A stretch of DNA of 11,912 nt from Candidatus Cloacimonadota bacterium (lineage in GTDB: Bacteria > Cloacimonadota > Cloacimonadia > Cloacimonadales > WRIO01): contig JAKQQL010000480.1 in assembly GCA_029564175.1 (NCBI GenBank), positions 1-11,912 of the forward strand, read 5' to 3'. The notes below the pieces were generated by a model. That model saw nothing but the letters and a program-made list of their open reading frames with translations. It searched no databases and was not told where the DNA came from. Positions 1 through 7,565 of this stretch are shown here, piece after piece (within the stretch, counting starts at the first letter, position 1; each line of letters opens with the position of its first letter). A program made the position numbers and the translations under genes.

Positions 1-81
1 TCCATAATCGATACTGCCATAAAAAATAAACAAAATGTGGTTGGAGCATTAAGTGTCATCGCTGCCTATAAAAGGAACTGA
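1..81 (+). CDS. 3' end of a probable IS66-family transposase (partial)
   Basis: Frame 1 is open from base 1: SIIDTAIKNKQNVVGALSVIAAYKRN*, TGA at 79-81. It resembles the S(I/V)IDTxIKNxQNV C-terminus I recall for IS66-type transposases. Only 26 aa are visible. Confidence 0.55.
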   Translation, partial: SIIDTAIKNKQNVVGALSVIAAYKRN

Positions 82-98
82 TTCATTCTATTCTTATT

Positions 99-127
99 AA
101 CTTTAGGCACTCCAAACTCTAGGCACT
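99..127. repeat. 13-bp imperfect direct repeat AACT(T/C)TAGGCACT, 16-bp period
   Basis: aactttaggcact at 99-111 and aactctaggcact at 115-127. Confidence 0.8.
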
Positions 128-149
128 GTGATTAGTTACAATTGTTCAA

Positions 150-1070
150 ATGGAAACACCAATTATATTCTGGATTTTTTTTAATGCTTTTGTACTAATT
201 ATGTTGGCATTAGACTTAGGTGTCTTTCATAGGAAAAGTCATGAGGTATCTGTAAAAGAGGCATTAACATGGACTTTTGTTTGGATTTTTCTTGCTTTGG
301 TATTTAATACCCTGATTTATTTCTGGAGAGGACAGCAGCAGGCATTGGAGTTTTTTACCGGATATCTGGTTGAGAAGGCATTAAGTGTTGATAATATCTT
401 TGTATTTATAATGATTTTTACATACTTCCATATACCATCAAAGTATCAGCATAAAGTTCTGTTCTGGGGTATTATTGGCGCTTTGATTATGCGTGTGATT
501 TTTATTTTTGCAGGTGTTGCACTACTTGAAAAATTTCATTTTACGATTTATATTTTCGGCTCATTGCTTGTTTTTACCGGGATTAAAATGTTTAATCATA
601 GTAATTCGAAAATTGCTCCCGATAAAAACCCTGTTGTAAAGTTCTTTAAGAAGTTTGTGCCTGTGACTCAAACATTGCATGAAGCTAAATTTTTTACAAA
701 AATTGAAGGTAGAAGATTTGCTACACCATTGTTTTTGGTTTTAATTCTTATTGAAACAACAGACCTGATTTTTGCAGTTGATAGTATTCCTGCAATTCTT
801 GCAATAACGCAAGACCAATTTATTGTTTACACGTCCAACGTATTTGCAATACTTGGACTACGGTCATTGTACTTCGCTCTGGCAGGTATTATTCATCGTT
901 TTTGGCTTTTAAGCTACGGGTTGGCTGTTGTATTGGTTTTCGTCGGTATTAAAATGATTTTGATTGACTTCTTTAAAATACCTATTGAATGGTCACTCTT
1001 GTTTATTGCCACAATAATTTCGACAAGTATTTTTTTATCATTGAGATTTAAGCAAAAAAGTAATAGATGA
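150..1070 (+). CDS. terC: TerC/Alx family integral membrane protein (metal homeostasis)
   Basis: 306 aa, multi-TM, with family motifs GYLVEKALSVDNIFVF, DLIFAVDSIPA and SNVFAILGLRSLYF. Confidence 0.93.
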   Translation: METPIIFWIFFNAFVLIMLALDLGVFHRKSHEVSVKEALTWTFVWIFLALVFNTLIYFWRGQQQALEFFTGYLVEKALSVDNIFVFIMIFTYFHIPSKYQHKVLFWGIIGALIMRVIFIFAGVALLEKFHFTIYIFGSLLVFTGIKMFNHSNSKIAPDKNPVVKFFKKFVPVTQTLHEAKFFTKIEGRRFATPLFLVLILIETTDLIFAVDSIPAILAITQDQFIVYTSNVFAILGLRSLYFALAGIIHRFWLLSYGLAVVLVFVGIKMILIDFFKIPIEWSLLFIATIISTSIFLSLRFKQKSNR

Positions 1071-1515
1071 TTTTATTGGAAAGCAATTTTTGGGGTTTTG
1101 TTTTGACACCCTTCGTATCATCGAATATGAAGGTTTAAGCCTTTTGTTGGCAATTGTTTATGTTGAAACAGGATTTTTCCTTGGATTTGTTTTCCCTGAA
1201 GGGGATAATTTGTTATTTGCAGGTGGTATGTTTTGCGGAACTCATTTTCTGGAAATAGCATTGGCCTTGCTTTTGCTTTTATTAGTAACAGCATCGTTTA
1301 TGGGAGTTTTTACAGGATATTTTAAAGAAAAATGGTTAGTCTAAAACCTGTTTTTTGATAATCAGTCACGCTTTTTAAAAAGGAATCCATTGGACGTGGA
1401 AGTAGTTTTTATAACAGTTTTAGAATGTGGGTATTTATCTTGGGGCGCTTTATGCCAATTATCCTTACTTTGGTGCCAATGATTGCAGGAGCTGCAAATT
1501 TTAAATTTAAAAATA
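1067..1515 (+). pseudogene. dedA: DedA/VTT family membrane protein, frameshifted and truncated
   Basis: ATG 1067 overlaps the terC stop (ATGA). A frameshift near 1090-1102 leads into ...YVETGFFLGFVFPEGDNLLFAGG..., with TAA at 1342-1344. After another frameshift near 1380-1405 it reads FYNSFRMWVFILGRFMPIILTLVPMIAGAANFKFK (DedA GRFxP..R..VP..AG motif). C-terminal helices are missing. Confidence 0.8.
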
Positions 1516-2370
1516 ATGAGCCAGTTGATCGAAATAGCAAATAAGATAAAAAATAGCAGACTCTTTAATAATTTTATTTTATCACTTATCCTCCTGTCTG
1601 CTGTTGTTATTGGCTTGGAGACTTATCCCTCATTGGCAAAAAAATATTATGATGTTTTATCATTGATCGACCGGCTTATAATTGCACTTTTTACGATAGA
1701 AATTGCTTTAAAAATAATTTCATACGGGAAAAAGCCCTGGGTTTATTTCGCAGACTCATGGAATGTATTTGATTTCATAATTGTAGCAATATGTCTGATT
1801 CCATTAAATGATACTCACTATTTTGCTGTGTTTCGAATGCTAAGAATCTTGCGGGTTCTGCGGATGATAACAGTATTTCCTAAATTAAAGCTAATAATCA
1901 GTGCATTACTTAGAAGCATACCATCGATGGGTTATGTCATAATGCTTATTGGATTACTTTTTTATGTATATGCAATTGTGGGAGTATTTGTTTTTGGGGC
2001 GACAGACCCGATGCACTTTGGTGATTTGCACCATGCGTTTGTTACCCTCTTCAAAGTGTTAACACTTGAAGGATGGACCGACATTATGAATGTACATATA
2101 TTTGGAGAATCTGTTAATGAAAATATGCAGATAATATCGTTATGGCCTTTCTTTTATTTTGCAAGTTTCATATTAATTGGAGCAATGATTATCCTGAATC
2201 TTTTTATTGGTGTAATTATGAATAGCATGGAAGAAAGCCAAAAAGAACTGTCTCAGGAACTTAATGAGATTAAGTATAAAGACAAGGATACAGATGAGCT
2301 TTATAAACATATTATTACCCGATTGGATGATTTAAATGATGAAATAAAAAGCTTAAAAAGGAACAGATAA
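1516..2370 (+). CDS. Prokaryotic voltage-gated cation channel (BacNav/CavMr-like ion transporter)
   Basis: Six hydrophobic segments, S3 WNVFDFIIV, S4 RMLRILRVLR (4 Arg), pore FKVLTLEGWTDIM, S6 LNLFIGVI and a C-terminal coiled coil. ATG 1516 is preferred over TTG 1483, which lies inside the dedA remnant. Confidence 0.92.
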   Translation: MSQLIEIANKIKNSRLFNNFILSLILLSAVVIGLETYPSLAKKYYDVLSLIDRLIIALFTIEIALKIISYGKKPWVYFADSWNVFDFIIVAICLIPLNDTHYFAVFRMLRILRVLRMITVFPKLKLIISALLRSIPSMGYVIMLIGLLFYVYAIVGVFVFGATDPMHFGDLHHAFVTLFKVLTLEGWTDIMNVHIFGESVNENMQIISLWPFFYFASFILIGAMIILNLFIGVIMNSMEESQKELSQELNEIKYKDKDTDELYKHIITRLDDLNDEIKSLKRNR

Positions 2371-2377
2371 GGCCATC

Positions 2378-2507
2378 ATACAACAAACGGTATAAAACAT
2401 TGGTATTTAAGTGGGTATGCAAGTGAACTTTCTCGAATAAAAGTTCGTAATGGTGGATACGGACTCAGTCCGTGCTCCCTAAAGGTTTATACGGCAAAAC
2501 ATTGGGT
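2378..2507 (+). repeat. attC-like cassette boundary 1
   Basis: Inverse core ATACAAC 2378-2384, GTATAAA pairing with TTTATAC (2486-2492), degenerate core ATTGGGT 2501-2507. Internal hairpins GAACTTT/AAAGTTC and ACGGACT-C-AGTCCGT. Confidence 0.7.
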
Positions 2508-2527
2508 GCAACCTTAGACTCTGCACA

Positions 2528-3643
2528 ATGATTATCAAGGATATAACTACGATCTTACTCACCGTTCTCACATTTACTTCCTGTAAACAGGAAACTGGAA
2601 GCTCAGGTTAGAGTCGGAATTACTTTACTGAAGAGGTAGCATTTTATAACAAAGTTGACAATATCAGGATTAAAGGCACTTTAACACTGCCAGAATCGGA
2701 TAGGCCATTGTCTGCAGTTATTCTTGTTCCCGGTAGTGGACGAACAAATCGTAACGGAACTGAAGATGATATTTTGAAACCTTTCCTTGAAATTGCCGAC
2801 TTCTTATCAAACAATGAAATGGCAGTCTTGCGATGTGATAAAAGAGGAGTTGGAGATTCAGAAGGAACCCTTGACTTTAATACCACAATCGAAGATTTGA
2901 CAACAGATATAATTGCTTCAATAGATTTTTTGAACTAACGGCCGGAAATAGACAAAAACAGAATTGGTTTGATCGGTCATAGTTATGGCGGAATAATTGC
3001 TGCTAAGGCATCATTGGAAAGATCTCAAATATCGTATGTAGTGCTCCTGGGAAGTCCAGGTGTTAAAAACGGAGAAATTCTCTTTCAACAAATAGGCGAT
3101 ATCTCCCGATCATTTGGAATTAATGATACAACAATTGAGAAATTCCAGAATATAATTAAAAATACATCAGAGATTTTAAACTCAAATAAAAGTCCTGCGG
3201 ATAAAAGATTGCATGTTGAATTAATGTATATATGTCAAATTCATGGGATATCTGAATCTGAAAAGAGTTCACTCAAGAAAATTGGTTATGATTATTTTCC
3301 TGATGCTCCAACTTATTCAAAGTTAGTGTTTCTTCCCTATTTTTATGAATTCTACACTTTTAATCCACAGCTTGTCTTAAAAAAGGTACAATGCCCCATT
3401 CTTTCATTAATCGGAGAGAAAGATCTTCAGGTAGATCCAATAGTTAATCAACCAGTAATTGAAAGGGCATTAAGAGAAGGTGGAAATAAAACATACACAA
3501 TTCATACTCCAGCAGGTTATAATCATTTATTTCAGAAATCCATTCCCGGAAACCCGATGGATTATGAAAGTCAAACGACGACAATAACACCCGAAATCCT
3601 TAAGTATATTAATACATGGATAAAATCTCAGCATAGATTCTGA
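2528..3643 (+). pseudogene. Lipoprotein alpha/beta hydrolase with two in-frame stops
   Basis: One frame runs from ATG 2528 (signal-like MIIKDITTILLTVLTFTSC) with TAG 2609-2611 and TAA 2936-2938. It joins ORFs 2708-2938 and 2969-3643. Motifs GTLTLP, VPGSG, DKRGVGDS, GHSYGG, GEKDLQV and NHLFQ are present. Confidence 0.88.
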
Positions 3644-3656
3644 TATGAAAATAATT

Positions 3657-3719
3657 AGCCAACTGGCAGCACCTGATTAAGCTTACTGAACCCTTCCGGC
3701 GGGCCGTTTTTCGTCGTGC
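3657..3719 (+). repeat. attC-like cassette boundary 2 (short, degenerate)
   Basis: AGCCAAC 3657-3663 is followed by TGGCAG...TAAGCTTA, similar to the spacer at 5341-5368. Core-like GTCGTGC at 3713-3719. Confidence 0.5.
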
Positions 3720-3779
3720 AAAAGCAAACATCGAGACTCAAGCAGTAATGAAGTATAAACACAAAAAAGGAGAACATAT

Positions 3780-4474
3780 ATGGATGAAAAATTAACAAAA
3801 TCTGGGGAAAAGGCATTTTTAGCACCAATTAGTTGGATAATCATAACAGGTCTGGTATTTTTTCCTGCTTCTGGAGAAATTAACAATTTGAGAGTATGGA
3901 TTTATATTGGTATATATGCTGTGGGTGGACTAATCATAGGTATTTTGCTCAAAAAAAATCGCCAAAACTCTTAAATGACAGAGGAAAGATGCAAGAGGGG
4001 ACAAAACAAACTGATAAATACATTATCCTGACCTACTTTTTTTTCGCTATTATAATAACGCCACTTATTGCTGGAATTGATAAAAGATTTAATCTTTCTG
4101 ATATAATACCTTTCTACTATTTGTATTTAGGTATTGTTCTATATATAATTTCAGCAATATTTTCTACATGGCCAATGCTTCATAATCCTTTCTTTGAAGA
4201 CACAATACGAATACAGAAAGAGAAAAATCATAATGTAATTAATACAGGGCCGTATAAAATAGTGCGTCACCCGGGATACCTTGGAATGCTTTTAGGTTCG
4301 ATAGCATTACCTTTGGCATTAGGCTCGGTACTTGCATTTATTCCTCTGGTTATTATGATTTTTTTAATTCTTATCAGGACATACTATGAGGATACTACTT
4401 TACAGAAAGAATTGACCGGATACTCTGAATATTGCAAAGAAGTTAAATATAGATTAATTCCTTTCATCTGGTAA
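3780..4474 (+). pseudogene. Isoprenylcysteine carboxyl methyltransferase (Ste14/ICMT) family membrane protein, frameshifted at an A8 run
   Basis: ORFs 3780-3974 and 3896-4474 join if the A8 at 3951-3958 is A9 (..ILLKKKSPKLLNDRGK..). Motifs NPFF, GPYKIVRHPGYLG, RTYYED..L and YRLIPFIW are present. Confidence 0.85.
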
Positions 4475-4514
4475 ATCAAGTGACTGTCTGGCTTGATAAA
4501 ATTGAACTAAACAA

Positions 4515-4550
4515 TGCACGAACGCACAACAAAGTGTATTTGACAATACA
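4515..4550 (+). repeat. Left half only of an attC-like boundary
   Basis: GCACAAC 4524-4530 followed by AAAGTGTAT, the same layout as ACAAC-AAAC-GGTAT at 2380. No right half is seen before coding-like sequence resumes. Confidence 0.55.
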
Positions 4551-4552
4551 GT

Positions 4553-4869
4553 CAGGGTATTTCAGATCAAATATACCGAGGCTGGGAATTCCCGTTTATC
4601 GAGGTTTCTCCGGAATGTCCTGAACATATCAGGTGGTCAGCTGACAATTGGTTTGAAAACCTTTATACTGAGATAAATGCAAGATACAGAATTGACAAAA
4701 CAGAGTTTATCTCACAGGTATGAGCTTAGGCGGCTCTGGTACATGGTATCTTGCGGCCAAATATCCGGACATATTTGCAGCCATTGCTCCAATGAGCGGA
4801 TTTACAACTCCCATGGATTTTATAGACAGTAGTATTGAGAAACTTGCAAATATTCCAATTTGGGCTTTT
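4553..4869 (+). pseudogene. Internal fragment of a predicted peptidase/carboxylesterase (alpha/beta hydrolase)
   Basis: GISDQIYRGWEFPFIEVSPECPEHIRWSADNWFENLYTEINARYRIDK, then a frameshift at the A run 4697-4700, then RVYLTGMSLGGSGTWYLAAKYPDIFAAIAPMSG...IPIWAF. No start codon, and the catalytic Asp/His region is absent. Confidence 0.8.
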
Positions 4870-4906
4870 ATGGCTAATGCTCACACAATCTGTACAATAC
4901 AATATT

Positions 4907-5302
4907 ATGAGAAAAACTGACAACAAAAAGATTATTAGCAGATATATTGATGAGGTTGAAAATACCGGAGATGTATCAAGAATACATGAATTCATTGATG
5001 AAAAGTATGTTGAAGTTTATGAAGGTGAACGATATGAAATAGGAATAAAAGGTGCAATAGATCATATTCTCGGAGTAAGGAAGGTCTTTCCGGACCTTAA
5101 ATTGACCATTGAGAATCAAATCTCTGAAGGCGAATGGGTTGTAAGTGTCTATTCTGTAACAGGCACATTCAGGGATGAATGGTTCAATATGAAACCCACC
5201 GGAAAACCGATTACTTTTACAGGAGTGAATGTTGACCGTATTAAGGATGGCAAAATAATAGAACATGGAGGTGCTGCTAACCTTTTTGAACCATTGTTTT
5301 AA
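4907..5302 (+). CDS. SnoaL-like ester cyclase / NTF2-like protein
   Basis: From ATG 4907: MRKTDNKKIISRYIDEVENTGD...FPDLKLTIENQISEGEWV...GT..PTGK.I...DRIKDGKIIEH. ATG 4835 lies inside the upstream fragment. Confidence 0.85.
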   Translation: MRKTDNKKIISRYIDEVENTGDVSRIHEFIDEKYVEVYEGERYEIGIKGAIDHILGVRKVFPDLKLTIENQISEGEWVVSVYSVTGTFRDEWFNMKPTGKPITFTGVNVDRIKDGKIIEHGGAANLFEPLF

Positions 5303-5334
5303 GCAGGAGTTATTATAAAGATAAAATAATCACA

Positions 5335-5485
5335 ACCCATAACACTGACGGCAGGGTCAATAAGCTTAAGACGCCTGCCTGCGCAGTCAGGCAGGGTTTT
5401 TGATAGCTCCTGCACCGTACCTAGAATCCAAAAACACACGCCGCCGCGACTATGAGGCGCCGCCACATACTACGAACGTTACCAG
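5335..5485 (+). repeat. attC-like cassette boundary 4 containing a CCTGCCTG/CAGGCAGG hairpin
   Basis: ACCCATAAC 5335-5343 and core GTTACCAG 5478-5485. 5347-5402 is a near copy of 6712-6771. Confidence 0.72.
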
Positions 5486-5533
5486 CAAGCTGTGCTGCCA
5501 GATGATAAACTTTTTAATATATTTAAAACTCCA

Positions 5534-5935
5534 ATGAATCAGAGATTAGCACATATTACACTTTTGGTGGATGACTACGACAGAGCTATAGAATTTTATA
5601 CAGGCAAATTGAATTTCAATCTTATTGAGGACACTACTCTTTCCGAAACAAAAAGATGGGTTCTTATTAAACCTAACGGATCCGGGGATTGCAATCTTCT
5701 GCTTGCCAAAGCTTCAAATGAACAACAAAGAAGTATGATTGGTAATCAGACTGGTGGCAGAGTTTTTTTGTTCCTGCATACTGACAATTTCAAACGAGAT
5801 TATCAGAATTTGCTTAATAATGGGATTAAAATAGTTAGAGAACCAGTCGAAGAAAAATATGGGACAATTGCTGTATTTCAGGACATCTACGGTAATTACT
5901 GGGACTTAATTGAACCAACACGAAATGACTCATAG
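5534..5935 (+). CDS. VOC family (glyoxalase/bleomycin resistance/dioxygenase) protein
   Basis: MNQRLAHITLLVDDYDRAIEFYT..LNF...KRWV...GNQTGGRVFLFLHTDNF...YGTIAVFQDIYGNYWDLIE. ATG 5534 is preferred over GTG 5492. Confidence 0.92.
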   Translation: MNQRLAHITLLVDDYDRAIEFYTGKLNFNLIEDTTLSETKRWVLIKPNGSGDCNLLLAKASNEQQRSMIGNQTGGRVFLFLHTDNFKRDYQNLLNNGIKIVREPVEEKYGTIAVFQDIYGNYWDLIEPTRNDS

Positions 5936-5958
5936 ACCATCTATAATAAAAATGCCCA

Positions 5959-6065
5959 CTGGTCACACGGTCAATTAGTTAGTTGCTTGTCATAATTTGG
6001 ATCAAAGGAGACTGAGGAAATTTTCAATGGTGAACGTGTTAGAAACATGCCGCCAAACGTTTTGG
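5959..6065 (+). repeat. Hybrid attC-like boundary 5 (left arm, toxin remnant, core)
   Basis: CTGGTCAC 5959-5966 followed by ACGGTCAAT, a shortened form of ACGGCAGGGTCAAT. Core GTTTTGG at 6059-6065. Confidence 0.6.
5996..6058 (+). pseudogene. higB: N-terminal remnant of a HigB (plasmid maintenance system killer, RelE-fold) toxin
   Basis: Translates as FGSKETEEIFNGERVRNMPPN, matching the MIxSFxxKETExI(F/W)xGxR N-terminus I recall for HigB. It is preceded by an in-frame TAA, has no start codon and spans only about 20 codons. Confidence 0.6.
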
Positions 6066-6090
6066 GTAATTTATAACACCCACTACTAGC

Positions 6091-6687
6091 ATGACAGACA
6101 AACAGATAATAAAGGCTCAAAAAAGAATTAAGGCATACCGTGCAATCTTAGCAAACGAAAAGAAAAGATTCGGTGGCTATATGGACAGCGGCGGTATTCG
6201 TTATTTCATTCCTGAACTCTATCTGCAGCTTCAGGATTATAAAGGTGCCATGACTTATTTCCGATGGTTCTCAAAAGCATTTCCAGATGATATTGGAATT
6301 CCAGCTTTCAACCTTTTCTGGGCCGCAACATTATTCGAAAACAATAAAATTCCAGAATCAATTAGAAAGGTCTATGAAACAGCCTTTTCAAATACATATA
6401 TTCTTGACTTAATTGCCGGAAAGGATGTAAAGCCTATCGACAAATCAGAGTTAGCTGGATACGAGAACCTGGATTATGCGAAGCAGATTTATAAAGGATG
6501 TATCGAACATATAACTCTTGAATTTCAAAAATTTTTAACGGGACTCATTGAGGATAAGGTATTCAGAGACAATTTAAATAGATATATATCTCTCCAGAAA
6601 CTGATTAAAGATGAACCAGTTGGACAAATGAGAACCCATTTAATCAACGAGTCCAACAAATTCGAAAGAGTTACGACTGGACGATAA
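6091..6687 (+). CDS. Hypothetical protein (probably helical)
   Basis: 198 aa intact ORF with composition like its neighbours and no motif I can assign. Confidence 0.8.
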   Translation: MTDKQIIKAQKRIKAYRAILANEKKRFGGYMDSGGIRYFIPELYLQLQDYKGAMTYFRWFSKAFPDDIGIPAFNLFWAATLFENNKIPESIRKVYETAFSNTYILDLIAGKDVKPIDKSELAGYENLDYAKQIYKGCIEHITLEFQKFLTGLIEDKVFRDNLNRYISLQKLIKDEPVGQMRTHLINESNKFERVTTGR

Positions 6688-6702
6688 ATAAATCAATGAA
6701 TA

Positions 6703-6853
6703 CAAAACACGGACGGCAGGGCCAATATGCTCATCAAGTCCGTCTGCCTGAGCAGTCAGGCAGGGTTTTTGCCCCGATGTCGCTGGACAACTGAACTCTG
6801 CCCTTATGCTTCGTCGGGCAACGCTTACTATCACTACCGCCGGGCCATTAACG
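6703..6853 (+). repeat. attC-like cassette boundary 6
   Basis: CAAAAC 6703-6708, GACGGCAGGGCCAATA, hairpin CTGCCTGA/TCAGGCAG 6744-6763, conserved motif 6793-6824, then CACTACCGCCGGGCC and degenerate core ATTAACG 6847-6853. Confidence 0.72.
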
Positions 6854-6914
6854 GCATTAGGGGGATATACGACGAAAATCAGATTCGACAAAAAACTAAA
6901 GCAGCAGAAAACAG

Positions 6915-7358
6915 GTGAGAATAGAAAAAGTTAAAGAAAACAAGAAACAGTTCCTTGATTTATTGCTGCTGGCAGACGAGCAGGAAAATATGATTGACAG
7001 GTATTTGCCGGGTGGAGACTTGTTTGCTCTTTATGATGATAATTTGAAAAGTGTTTGTGTTGTAGTGCCGGTAAATAGCCAAACCTGCGAGTTGAAAAAC
7101 ATTGCAACGTACCAGAAATATCAAGGCAAAGGGTACGGCAGAGCATTAATGAATTTCATCTTTGATTTCTATAAAAACGACTACAAAACTATGCTTGTCG
7201 GGACAGGTGAAACACCGGCAATCTTGTCGTTTTATGAAAGTTGTGGATTTGAAAAGTCCCATCGGATTAAAAATTTTTTCACAGACAATTATGACCACCC
7301 TATTTTCGATGGTGACATACAACTTGTTGATATGATTTACCTTAAAAAGGAGCTATAG
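6915..7358 (+). CDS. GNAT family N-acetyltransferase
   Basis: 147 aa, GTG start, LLLLAD, ELKNIA, acetyl-CoA motif [17 protein letters not shown]. Confidence 0.92.
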   Translation: MRIEKVKENKKQFLDLLLLADEQENMIDRYLPGGDLFALYDDNLKSVCVVVPVNSQTCELKNIATYQKYQGKGYGRALMNFIFDFYKNDYKTMLVGTGETPAILSFYESCGFEKSHRIKNFFTDNYDHPIFDGDIQLVDMIYLKKEL

Positions 7359-7408
7359 GAATACAGGACTGTATTTCAAACGAAAAAATGCGGAACAAAT
7401 AAGCACCA

Positions 7409-7527
7409 CCTACAAAAGCTTGGTATAGGCTATTGAGGGCGTTACATTTTCCCGGCATAAAAACCAGGACTCTGCCCTGATACTGCATCGGGTAACACAA
7501 ACTCAAACATACCTGCGGATGTTGGGT
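7409..7527 (+). repeat. attC-like cassette boundary 7
   Basis: Degenerate CCTACAAA 7409-7416. GGTATAG...TTGAG pairs with CTCAA..CATACC (7502-7513) leaving one unpaired base. Conserved motif 7467-7498 and core GTTGGGT 7521-7527. TTGGGTGCAACC is identical to 2502-2513. Confidence 0.72.
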
Positions 7528-7565
7528 GCAACCAAAACATCGAAAATTGATATTATTTTTGAAAT

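Larger units (their letters stand above)
1..139 (+). mobile_element. Right end of a putative IS66-like element, terminal IR ending ...GTGATTAGTTAC
   Basis: 128-139 reverse-complements to GTAACTAATCAC and IS66 ends begin GTAA. It lies just after the transposase-like stop. The left end and target duplication are outside the window. Confidence 0.45.

Noticed and set aside
150..1070. Tellurite resistance operon
   Set aside because: Only a stand-alone TerC-family gene is present, with no terA/B/D/E/Z.
2609..5302. Stop-codon reassignment (TAG/TAA read as Gln) to explain in-frame stops
   Set aside because: TAA and TAG terminate most intact genes here, and frameshifts co-occur, so ordinary decay explains the stops.
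6727..6918. 63-aa plus-strand ORF
   Set aside because: It lies over the palindromic repeat spacer and has no protein-like features.
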